The notes beneath the pieces are model-generated. The model worked only from the letters and a program-made list of their open reading frames with translations, ran no database searches and was not told where the DNA came from. Of a DNA stretch of 45,228 bases, positions 1 through 8,551 are shown one piece after another. Each line of letters opens with the position of its first letter. Position 1 is the stretch's first letter. Made by a program: the position numbers and the translations under genes. This DNA is from Bdellovibrionales bacterium RIFOXYD12_FULL_39_22 (GTDB taxonomy: Bacteria; Bdellovibrionota; Bacteriovoracia; Bacteriovoracales; Bacteriovoracaceae), in the NCBI GenBank assembly GCA_001770205.1, contig MEQL01000019.1, positions 1 through 45,228 on the forward strand, written 5' to 3'.

Positions 1-126
1 TCTTGGTGCACAGTTCGGCGTGCAAAGCCGCTGAACGTTTTACTCATTTCGAGGAAAGGGAAAATATTTTTCAGAAACGGCTTGCTTTCTTTAAGATGTG
101 AATGTTGTTGTAAATATTTATCATAA

Positions 127-579
127 TTATTTACGTATAATTTTCTCTTCCCAAAATCTAGTCAAATGTTCAAATGCTTCCTTAGAATCCAAAGAGAGTC
201 CACACTCGTTGGCCATTGCCTTAAATGGTTTATCCCATTCACTTGGAGGATCGTCCAGTGTCTTTGGTAAATCATGCGTCTTTTTTTTTCAAAAGTTTCC
301 TTAAGTGCTTTGGTCAAGACAGTTTTTTTTATTTTTCCATGTTTGATCAATAGAACAATATCAACAAGGTCTTTTACTCTTGAGTTAAACGCTCCGCTTC
401 TTGGTAAAGTATAGGCATGAATTTTTTCAGCAAAATGTTGTTCAGCGCTTATAATAGGTATTTTCAGAGAAGAGATTCCTGCAAAATCTAACCAGTCATA
501 CAGTTTTATTTCATCATGTGGCTCAATCCAAGCATCTCCAACGCCAACGTCAATATGAAACTTAATAAAAGTCTTGCTA
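127..579 (-). pseudogene. abiEii: C-terminal half of AbiEii-family nucleotidyltransferase toxin, separated from its N-half; also frameshifted at an A9 run (281-289)
   Basis: FHIDVGVGD...AEKIHAYTLPR...NSRVKDLVD motifs. One extra A in the run gives THDLPKTLDDPPSEWDKPFKAMANECGL... with a stop at 127-129. Confidence 0.85.
570..579 (-). repeat. Left 10-bp inverted repeat (TAGCAAGACT on minus strand), inversion breakpoint
   Basis: agtcttgcta at 570-579 is the exact reverse complement of tagcaagact at 2529-2538; both encode S-K-T in the toxin frame. Confidence 0.85.
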
Positions 580-674
580 GAACGGTTTTCTGCAAGACGT
601 CCCCTTCCAAAATCTTTTTCGTAACAAGTCATACACAATCATCATATCAAGCCTCATAACAAGAACAATCTAGT

Positions 675-935
675 TCACTCCAACTGTCTAACTGGAATAC
701 CATGTATCTTTAAATATTTTAAAACTGTGCTATGCGAAGAACATATCTTTTTGGCAATTTGGGTTGTAGAAAGGCCCTTTTCTTCGTACATTTCTCTGAG
801 GAAACTCGCATCACGGAACCTTTCCTCTTGATAAAAGGTAAATAAATCACTAAGATAGTCCTGAGGAAAGTTATTATTGCTTGACGGGTGAACACCACCC
901 CATTTTTTACTCGAACCAGTAACAACCAAGAACAC
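675..935 (-). CDS. Small helix-turn-helix protein, probably truncated; true start uncertain
   Basis: LREMYEEKGLSTTQIAKKICSSHSTVLKYLKIHGIPVR is an HTH pattern; the ORF 5' part runs over the att duplicate. Confidence 0.5.
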   Translation of the reverse strand: MFLVVTGSSKKWGGVHPSSNNNFPQDYLSDLFTFYQEERFRDASFLREMYEEKGLSTTQIAKKICSSHSTVLKYLKIHGIPVRQLE

Positions 936-954
936 AAAATAATCTTAAAATTTA
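895..954 (+). repeat. att-like duplicate of tRNA-His 3' end and downstream flank
   Basis: 58/60 identity to the reverse complement of 4219-4278 (ccaccccattttttactcgaaccag[t/a]aacaaccaagaacacaaaataatct[t/c]aaaattta). Confidence 0.9.
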
Positions 955-966
955 ATCGGGAAGTGT

Positions 967-1394
967 ATGAAAACCATTATCCTACTTTGCTTCGCTTTAA
1001 ATCCATTTTCCCACGCAGAAGAAATTACTAATTTGACCTTAGAGTGTAAAACCGAATGCCGTTTTTATTACAAAAAGGATTGCTCTGATAAAACCGCAAA
1101 AATTATACTTTCAACTGATAAAAAAAATCCGTCCAATCTCTATACCGATATTGATATTACCTGCTCTGTCTCGGGAACCCCTACTCAAATACAAAAATCA
1201 AATATTCGCTTTCAATAACTGAAAAAGATGGCATATTGTCGACTGTTCATTCGAAGGAATTGGACTTGAGCAATAACACCCCTTTCAACTATTCATACTT
1301 TACTTTTTCAAATCCATATAAAGACCAATCGGTTCAGATTAAATTAGGACAACAACAGAAGATCTACTATTTCAATGGCCAGCAAGCTGATTAA
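967..1394 (+). pseudogene. Secreted hypothetical protein, probably frameshifted near 1178-1205
   Basis: Signal peptide MKTIILLCFALNPFSHA; frame stops at 1218, but another frame stays open (YSNTKIKYSLSITEKDG...QQAD*) to 1394. Confidence 0.5.
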
Positions 1395-1449
1395 CGGCTC
1401 TTGAAACTTGATGGAGAACAATATTTCAATTCACCCCAACTGGCCGAAT

Positions 1450-1533
1450 TGTAAATAAGTTAACTCCGGCCTAGTTAACTTATTTACACATTGTACCATA
1501 TAACCCATAATAATTAAGGGATATATGGTACAA
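1450..1533 (+). promoter_or_regulatory. abiE promoter/operator with two inverted repeats
   Basis: IR1 tgtaaataagttaact-N7-agttaacttatttaca (1450-1488); IR2 ttgtaccatata...tatatggtacaa (1491-1533); tttaca-N17-cataat. AbiEi antitoxins are known to autorepress through paired IRs. Confidence 0.75.
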
Positions 1534-1534
1534 A

Positions 1535-2119
1535 ATGAGAAAAACAACAACTGATCACCTAGGCACATTATTTAAAATTGCGGATGCCCAAATGGGGCTT
1601 TTCACTACCAAACAAGCCGAGAAATCTGGAATTGTTAATAATAATCATGCTTACTACGTTAGAAATGGTAACTGGAAAAAAGTTATGCGAGGAATTTATC
1701 GCCTAACCAATTACCCTCTGTCCGAAAATGAAGCGCTGATGATTTGGTTTCTCTGGTCACGTAATAGAAAAGATATCCCTCAGGGAACATTCTCCCATGA
1801 GACAGCACTTATGCTCTATGAATTATCTGATATAAATCCCCATAATATCCACATGATTGTTCCGCGCGGATTTAAACGTCTTAATCCAATACCCAAAGTT
1901 ATTAAATTGCATCGCAATAGTTTATCAAAAAAAGAGACAAAATCATTTTGGGGGATGAGGATTACCACTCCTATTCGAACATTACTTGATGTTGCCAAAA
2001 AAGGTAGCACCTCTCCTGAGTTTATATCTCAGGCCGTAAACGAGGCATTAAAAAAAGGTTTAGTTACCAGAAAAGATATTTTAAAAAATCCACGGCTCGC
2101 TAGATATATGGATAAATAA
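1535..2119 (+). CDS. abiEi: Type IV TA antitoxin, AbiEi family
   Basis: IADAQMGLFTTKQA...WKKVMRGIYRL...FSHETAL...ITTPIRTLLD; stop overlaps the start of the abiEii N-half. Confidence 0.85.
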   Translation: MRKTTTDHLGTLFKIADAQMGLFTTKQAEKSGIVNNNHAYYVRNGNWKKVMRGIYRLTNYPLSENEALMIWFLWSRNRKDIPQGTFSHETALMLYELSDINPHNIHMIVPRGFKRLNPIPKVIKLHRNSLSKKETKSFWGMRITTPIRTLLDVAKKGSTSPEFISQAVNEALKKGLVTRKDILKNPRLARYMDK

Positions 2120-2634
2120 TGAAAAAAGAGTATAAAACTTCGCGTGATTTTAGAAATGCTCTTTTAGATAAATTAAAACAGGTGGCCTTCGCTCAACAAA
2201 AAAGTGTCCAACGCATACAAAGACAAGTTGCCAGTGATCGCTTATTTACAGGAGCCAAGGCACCGTGGATATTAAAAGGAGGCCATGCTCTTGAACTTCG
2301 TATTCAAAATTCGAGAGCCACAAAAGATCTAGATCTTGCCCTGAAAGATGCAAAACTATTTAATTCAAAATCACCAAAAGATCAGAATAAAATCATCCGA
2401 GAACGCTTACAAGAAAAAGCATCAACCGATTTATCCGATTATTTTGAATTTATAATTGGCGAGCAAATCCTTGATCTTACCGCAGCACCATACGGAGGCG
2501 GACGTTTTCCTGTTGAAGCACTTATTGATAGCAAGACTACTTTCACTTGCTGCTTATTTCGACATGATGATGGTGTGTTGCTCGTGATTTTTCAGAAATT
2601 ATATATCGATGTAGATTGTTTTAATATTTTTTAA
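2119..2634 (+). pseudogene. abiEii: N-terminal half (140 aa, to 2538) of AbiEii toxin, fused to 31 unrelated residues
   Basis: PWILKGGHALELR...RATKDLDL nucleotidyltransferase motif; YGGGRFPVEALIDSKT, then homology stops exactly at the 10-bp repeat. Confidence 0.85.
2529..2538 (+). repeat. Right 10-bp inverted repeat (TAGCAAGACT), inversion breakpoint
   Basis: Exact reverse complement of 570-579. Confidence 0.85.
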
Positions 2635-3764
2635 CGAAGGTTGATAAATTGATCATTCTGGTGAGAAGTGTCGTTAATAAGACTATCTAACTTGTTGAGA
2701 AGATTCTGTGGTTCGCTGTGTATCTTACTAATGAGTTTCTTTGCTTCAATAATATCCGCTGCAGATATTGGAAGGTTATTCAATCTACTTCTATCAATTC
2801 TAGCTAGCACCGACAATAATTCATAGATTGATTTTGTGACTTCTTGCATTTTCGGAGAACCGACCCCTGGTTTAAAATATATACTTTCCTCCAATTCTAG
2901 ATTCAATCGTTTTAGCTCAGTACTTAGCTCTCCCTTTTTATGAAAAAGAAGATTGATATGGCCAGAGATTGTCTCTTCTGCAAGCGAATTAAAAAAGCTT
3001 TTGGGTTCAATAATGCCAGGTTTGATATCTAAAATGGCCTTTAGTCTGGCATTAAAGGCTGTAGCCCTTTGTGAGGATTCTCCATATGTTTTAGAAACAG
3101 CGTCAGTTAATGATTTTGACTTAACCAAAAGCTGTTCGCGAAATTTTTGCCCTTCTGGTTGTGTGAAAAAATAAGCTGTTTTCCGAACAAAATCATTACT
3201 GAGTATTTGAGAAGTATTAAACGCAAAACCCTTATCTATGGCAAAAACAAAACCGTCCTCACCAACCAAAATGTGTTCGGCTTTTGAATAATCAGTATCG
3301 CCAATTAGAATATTAAAAATATTAACCTTACTAAAGTTATTTTGGACTGTTGGAAGAAGTCTCAGCTCGTTAGCAGATCTATTAATCTTTACTTCATCCA
3401 AAAATTCAGAATAATTATACTCGTGCTCAACAAATTGCTGGACGGAAAAAGTTTCATCATTTATCACTTTTTTTACGGTCGGAGGAACCGCATGTAGCTC
3501 CAGTATTTCGCTTACTTCATAAGCCAAAATTTCGCTGGTATGGTCCTGACTAAATCCATCTTTTTTCATAACCGCTCTAACGATTGAATTTCCTTTTTCA
3601 TCAACGAGATCCCCAAGTTGAGCTTTATGCGATCCCATTTTGATTTCTGAAAGAGAATCAATGTTCACCTGTAGTACACTTATTAGACAATCACGCACAG
3701 AACTTGCGTAAGTATTTGTACTCAACAAAATCAAATTAACTAACGCAATATATTTCAGAATCAT
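2631..3764 (-). CDS. Secreted protein with atypical (PI3/PI4-kinase/HipA-like) kinase fold
   Basis: Signal peptide; EILAYEVSEILELHAVPPTV...SVQQFV...ILIGDTD...HILV...AIDKGFAF. Confidence 0.6.
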   Translation of the reverse strand: MILKYIALVNLILLSTNTYASSVRDCLISVLQVNIDSLSEIKMGSHKAQLGDLVDEKGNSIVRAVMKKDGFSQDHTSEILAYEVSEILELHAVPPTVKKVINDETFSVQQFVEHEYNYSEFLDEVKINRSANELRLLPTVQNNFSKVNIFNILIGDTDYSKAEHILVGEDGFVFAIDKGFAFNTSQILSNDFVRKTAYFFTQPEGQKFREQLLVKSKSLTDAVSKTYGESSQRATAFNARLKAILDIKPGIIEPKSFFNSLAEETISGHINLLFHKKGELSTELKRLNLELEESIYFKPGVGSPKMQEVTKSIYELLSVLARIDRSRLNNLPISAADIIEAKKLISKIHSEPQNLLNKLDSLINDTSHQNDQFINLR

Positions 3765-4270
3765 TAGGCTTCTCTTATAGATTAATTCGCTACTAGTCTT
3801 CTCGGTATAATTGTCTGAACACTAAATAGAAAACTGCGCTAAGTGCGCTAAGAGTAATTATGGCGTCAATATTTCCCACAAGTCATATTCATAACCTTTT
3901 GATCGGTTATTTTTTTGACATGCTCAGCACTATTCTAACAATTGGTGATTAATATTTTGTAGATCAAAGAGTTGTATTCCTACCCTGGATATTTCGTATC
4001 AAAGGAGGAACCATTCACCGAAAACCACTCTTCTCTGAGTTCTTTCTCTGTTCTCGAATCAGCAAACCTGAGCAAACATCACCTAATAAAAGATGGGACA
4101 TTTCGGGCGATAACTTGCGTTTCGTTCTGTATGGTATGGTGTTGACGGTTCATGTGACGTTTGACTAAAAAACGAACGAAGTCGTAGACATAATTTTTTC
4201 CTCAACGCTAATATACTGTAAATTTTGAGATTATTTTGTGTTCTTGGTTGTTTCTGGTTCGAGTAAAAAA

Positions 4271-4346
4271 TGGGGTGGCCGATGGGGCTCGAACCCACGA
4301 CAACCAGAACCACAATCTGGCGCTCTACCAACTGAACTACGGCCAC
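4271..4346 (-). tRNA. tRNA-His (GTG)
   Basis: GTGGCCGTAGTTCAGTTGGTAGAGCGCCAGATTGTGGTTCTGGTTGTCGTGGGTTCGAGCCCCATCGGCCACCCCA; encoded CCA; G(-1) at 4347. Confidence 0.98.
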
Positions 4347-4546
4347 CATGAATGATAATGTTGGTTAATGGAATGTTTATAGTGTGTTGCAGGTTATTCG
4401 TCAATTCATAAATTAAAGAAAGTTGACTAAAAGGCCATGGAATTGTGGGCCATCAAATTTGTCAAAAGAGAAATTTTGTTAGTTAAATTTAGTGGTATAG
4501 AATATACTTTATCAAGTTGATACGAAATTTTAATGGAGGAGTTTAT

Positions 4547-5158
4547 ATGAGATTAGTTCTGATAGTTACTATTTTAGTGTTGGCCCAGGCAACAAACCTT
4601 TTTGCGTACGGAACAGGACTTACTGCCTATCCCCTGATGAGTGAAAAAAGACTCGTTACCACTGAATTTACGGGGATTGTTTCAGATCATGGGGGCGTGG
4701 GAATTCAGACTCGTTATATGCAAAAAATTAACAATGTTACTTCCGTAGATGCGGGAATTGGCCTTGCGGGAGGAGATCGTTCTGGATGTGCCTTTGCTGG
4801 TATTGATTACGAAATTTTTCCGGATTATAAGAAACAACCAAGAGTGTCTATTAAGTCTTCTTTTGAATATGCTAAGGAGTTTGGCCTTCCATATAACAAT
4901 TTGAAGGTGGCCCCTGTGGTGTCAAAGGGATTTAGTTTTTGGGGACACGAAGGCTTTCCATATGTAACGATGCCGATAGCTATTTCTTTGGAGGCCGAGC
5001 ATAAAACATATGAAACGACCATGAATTTAACGACCGGAATTGCGGGAAAAATTCCATACGAAGGATATACCCATCTTACGGGAAATATTGAGGCCGTATT
5101 TAATTTGAAAGATAGCTATTCGGCCATTTTTATGGGTGTTTCTTATCCGCTAAACTAA
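4547..5158 (+). CDS. Secreted, probable outer-membrane beta-barrel protein
   Basis: GGAGGA RBS before ATG 4547; signal peptide; alternating beta-strand pattern ending GVSYPLN. Confidence 0.6.
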   Translation: MRLVLIVTILVLAQATNLFAYGTGLTAYPLMSEKRLVTTEFTGIVSDHGGVGIQTRYMQKINNVTSVDAGIGLAGGDRSGCAFAGIDYEIFPDYKKQPRVSIKSSFEYAKEFGLPYNNLKVAPVVSKGFSFWGHEGFPYVTMPIAISLEAEHKTYETTMNLTTGIAGKIPYEGYTHLTGNIEAVFNLKDSYSAIFMGVSYPLN

Positions 5159-6215
5159 AGTAGGCGTTTATCTCTTGTATTAATTCTCCCTCTAATATGG
5201 ATGAATCAATCGATAAATTTCTAGCAATCCACTGATGTAGGTCCGAGGGGATTTTTGTAATAAAAATTCTCTCTTCATTTTTATAATTAATTTTTATAGC
5301 GATAGCATGAAGTGCATGACGGGGAATTTCCATTAATGCGTGATCTTCTGGAGAGGCCAGTCGATCTTTGAAGCGTTGAAATAATTCATATCCTCCGCAA
5401 TAGAGCTTGTCACCTAAAAGCGGAAGTTGGTGAATGGCCGCATGTACACGAATTTGATGCTGGCGGCCAGTTTGAGGAAATGCTAGGCCTAAAGCATAAT
5501 TTTTTTCTTGATAAATAATTTTAAAAAAGGTTTGGGCCGTTTTACCGCGATTGGAGTTTTCGGGATATGCTTCGACGATTATGCGCTGATCTTTATCGTA
5601 AGGCGAATCAAGTCGTTCATTCGCGGTAAAATTTGGAGTAATGGTCTGGAGGGGGCCCTTAGCAATGAAAAAATAACATTTTTTTACCAAAGAGCTTTCG
5701 AATTGAGTTGCCAGTGCAGCGGATGTTTGCGGATCTTTTCCCAGTAGTAAAATCCCAGAAGTTTCTCGATCCAATCGATGGATGGAGTGAATAGTTTTTC
5801 CAGGAACGGTTTCAAAAAAAACAGTGGCGCAATAGAAAAGATGGCGGCCGGCAGGATGAGTGGACATAAAAGGCGGTTTAGAAATAATAATAAGCTCATT
5901 ATCTTCAAAAATTACCTCTGGGGCTTCTTCTAAGCTAATAAGTTCATTATTCCAGTATTCATCCTCGTGAATAGTTTTTGTAATTGCCAGAAGGATTTCA
6001 TCATTAGAGTGAACCTTACTGCTGGCCTTGGTGGACGTTGGTCTATTAATAATAATAACTTCTCTGGAGGCAATTTTTCTTTTGATTTCTTCTCTGGAGA
6101 GTGTAGAAAAATGAGAGAGGATAAATTGATCCAGGCGCATTCCATCTTGTTCGACATCCACCTTCCAGTAAATGGAAAACTTATCTCGTTCAAATTTTTT
6201 TGAAAGCAGCGCCAT
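5130..6215 (-). CDS. RluA/C/D-family pseudouridine synthase with S4 domain
   Basis: GMRLDQFI (S4), KPPFMSTHP, HRLDRETSG, TGRQHQIRVH, LLGDKLY, HALHA. Confidence 0.95.
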   Translation of the reverse strand: MALLSKKFERDKFSIYWKVDVEQDGMRLDQFILSHFSTLSREEIKRKIASREVIIINRPTSTKASSKVHSNDEILLAITKTIHEDEYWNNELISLEEAPEVIFEDNELIIISKPPFMSTHPAGRHLFYCATVFFETVPGKTIHSIHRLDRETSGILLLGKDPQTSAALATQFESSLVKKCYFFIAKGPLQTITPNFTANERLDSPYDKDQRIIVEAYPENSNRGKTAQTFFKIIYQEKNYALGLAFPQTGRQHQIRVHAAIHQLPLLGDKLYCGGYELFQRFKDRLASPEDHALMEIPRHALHAIAIKINYKNEERIFITKIPSDLHQWIARNLSIDSSILEGELIQEINAYFSLADKKHP

Positions 6216-6240
6216 CGCAAAATCTACTAGGCCAATACAA

Positions 6241-8451
6241 TTAATATCTATTTTTTATAATGTATTTCAATAAGGAAATTGCCCCATTCTTGCTATATTT
6301 ATGCTTAGTAGTCAAGTTCGTAATAATGGTGTTTATTTGTTCGCGGCCTTCTTTGGAGAGCGGTGTTGTGATATTATCTCTGGCCCCTTCTGCCTTGGTT
6401 ATTTCTGCTTCATAGAAAACAAGGTTATTAGCAATGCCCCTAATTATCTCAGTTTGTTCTTGCTTGAAAGATTCTTGAAGTTTTCGAGCAATTTCTGGAA
6501 AAACATCACTGTAATTAATTGTCGTTCCTGGGTTGTCTAGGGCATAGGCCCCTAGCTTAGAGAGAAGATGAGAGCGAAAGTTGGTGGCGTTTTCTTTAAG
6601 TCCAATTGACTTTTCAAACTCATCGATTAAGTAGGTGTCACTGTTTTCATATTTTCCAGTGATAAAATTTTTCACTTTCTCTTTTTTGATTAGGGCGTTG
6701 ATGTTTTCTATATAGCGACGAATATATTCTTCATATGAACGATTATCAACTAACCCCAGAGAGTCTCGCAATTCTTTATCAAAGATATCCAAAGAGTAGT
6801 CTTTTAAAATAGTAATAAAGCGAGAAGTATTGTGAAAATCACCAACAGGAGTCATGTTAAGAAAGTCAAAATCATTTTTTCTGGTAATAAACTTTTGAAG
6901 ATATTCAATCACTTCTACTGAGGTGATGTTGGAATGAGAGGTAGTTAAGGAGTAAATAATCTTCTTAACATCACGAGGAGAGATTCCAAACTTACCCTCG
7001 TACACAACGTCGCTATCAAATTCTTGCGCAATATCATCATAGCTTTGTAGAAGTATTTGGCGTGATTCTACATCAAGATTTTCTGGCATAATTTTATCTG
7101 CCAAATAGAGGGCCTTATCTAGGGGAGTAAGTTTGCCAGCAATGGGAGCGATTTTTTTGCTTTCTGCGTAGTTGTTGGCCTGACATTTGCGCAGACGGGT
7201 CATTACGGAAAAAAGACAAAGGGTTTTTAGAGCATGGGGTTCAAAGGTAGATTTTGAACTGAGTCCTTGCACCTGCTCGTCATATATTCGCACCTCGTCG
7301 CGATAATCGAGAAGATAGGGAACTTTGATAAAATTAAAACGTCCCATAAAAGATTTAAAGTCGGGATGTTGTTTAAAAGCATCTAGATGAACTTCATTAG
7401 ATGATCCCACAAAGAAAATATCTAATTCTGTTAGTATGCCATTTAAGTTTAGAGTTCCAGTTTCCATGGTCATGAGTAAATATTTAAAGGCATCCAGCGG
7501 ACGTTTTAGAAGATCGGAAAATTCTAAGATTCCGCGGTTTGCCAAAATAACTTCTCCTTGTGCGGAAAAAAGATTTAGTGATTGTAAGCTAGGCGGAAGG
7601 CTGGCCAACCGTTTATCCATGCTAATCTGTTGCAACCTGGCATCAACGTGTAATTGTGGCTCAATAGTTACTGCGCTGTTTGAATAGCGTTTGCTGATAG
7701 TAAAACGCTCTACTCGAATATGTTTCAAAACTTCACCATGATTGCCCTTATAATTTTTCAAAAGAGCATCATAGATCATACGATTCCGTTTTGATAAATC
7801 GCCACGATAGAGATAGGACTTTTGTACTGAAATCAAACGCTCTTTGCTATTAGATAATAATTTATCAATCATTTGCTGTCGGGTGAGGGCCGGCACAAGC
7901 AAAATGGGATGATCTTTAAGCTCTGAAGAAATAATAGCGGAAATGTCTTTGTCATCGAGGTAGGCATAGGTGCTTACCTGTTTACTTTGAGCATTATTGC
8001 TAAGGCCTAGGGTGCCTTTTACAAAATTATCAATGGGGAAAATCCAACTGAAAGTAAAAAGCTCTCCTTCTGGAAGGTTGGAGTATTCTTCTGCTCCCTT
8101 CATAAATTTTCGCACGAGGCTGGATTTGGCAGATCCGTTAGGGCCGACAAGTAAAATAAATTTATTATTTAGGCCTTCTTCTTGAAAGTTTTTTAGGTTG
8201 AGCCAAATTTCTTGCTGTGTCTTGTATTGTCCAAATACCGCCGGAGAGTCGGGATGCGATCTTTGAAAAAGCTTGAAATGTCCATTGGCGTCTTGGCCAA
8301 AGTGTTCCAACATGTCCAAAAAATATTGGTAAGATGGCCGACACTCTTTTTCTACTTCCACTTCAAATTTTTTCATGTAATCTTCGAATGAAAGAACCTC
8401 TGTTTGATTTTCATTGCTACTGTTTTCGGTTTGTATCCACTCCATAGGCAT
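6241..8451 (-). CDS. prkA: PrkA-family AAA serine protein kinase
   Basis: ILLVGPNGSAKSS Walker A; ANRGILEFSDLLKRP; GISPR. Confidence 0.85.
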   Translation of the reverse strand: MPMEWIQTENSSNENQTEVLSFEDYMKKFEVEVEKECRPSYQYFLDMLEHFGQDANGHFKLFQRSHPDSPAVFGQYKTQQEIWLNLKNFQEEGLNNKFILLVGPNGSAKSSLVRKFMKGAEEYSNLPEGELFTFSWIFPIDNFVKGTLGLSNNAQSKQVSTYAYLDDKDISAIISSELKDHPILLVPALTRQQMIDKLLSNSKERLISVQKSYLYRGDLSKRNRMIYDALLKNYKGNHGEVLKHIRVERFTISKRYSNSAVTIEPQLHVDARLQQISMDKRLASLPPSLQSLNLFSAQGEVILANRGILEFSDLLKRPLDAFKYLLMTMETGTLNLNGILTELDIFFVGSSNEVHLDAFKQHPDFKSFMGRFNFIKVPYLLDYRDEVRIYDEQVQGLSSKSTFEPHALKTLCLFSVMTRLRKCQANNYAESKKIAPIAGKLTPLDKALYLADKIMPENLDVESRQILLQSYDDIAQEFDSDVVYEGKFGISPRDVKKIIYSLTTSHSNITSVEVIEYLQKFITRKNDFDFLNMTPVGDFHNTSRFITILKDYSLDIFDKELRDSLGLVDNRSYEEYIRRYIENINALIKKEKVKNFITGKYENSDTYLIDEFEKSIGLKENATNFRSHLLSKLGAYALDNPGTTINYSDVFPEIARKLQESFKQEQTEIIRGIANNLVFYEAEITKAEGARDNITTPLSKEGREQINTIITNLTTKHKYSKNGAISLLKYIIKNRY

Positions 8452-8551
8452 AAGTTTTTTCCTTGCGATGTTAGTAGGCCATAGTCTTTAAGGCAGTAAT
8501 ACTTTATTCTACAACGGAGAGGAATATTAGTCATGATGGGGAAATAATAAC

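Larger units (their letters stand above)
1..4278. mobile_element. Degenerate genomic island(s) integrated at the 3' end of tRNA-His; left end probably outside the window
   Basis: 60-bp duplicate of the tRNA-His 3' end plus flank at 895-954; AbiE TA module; several broken genes; no integrase seen in this stretch. Confidence 0.7.

Noticed and set aside
13..36. Small hairpin gttcggcg-tgcaaagc-cgctgaac
   Set aside because: At the window edge with no U-tract or context; cannot be assigned
4083..4349. 88-aa ORF MVAVVQLVERQIVVLVVVGSSP...
   Set aside because: It is a translation of the tRNA-His gene and its flank
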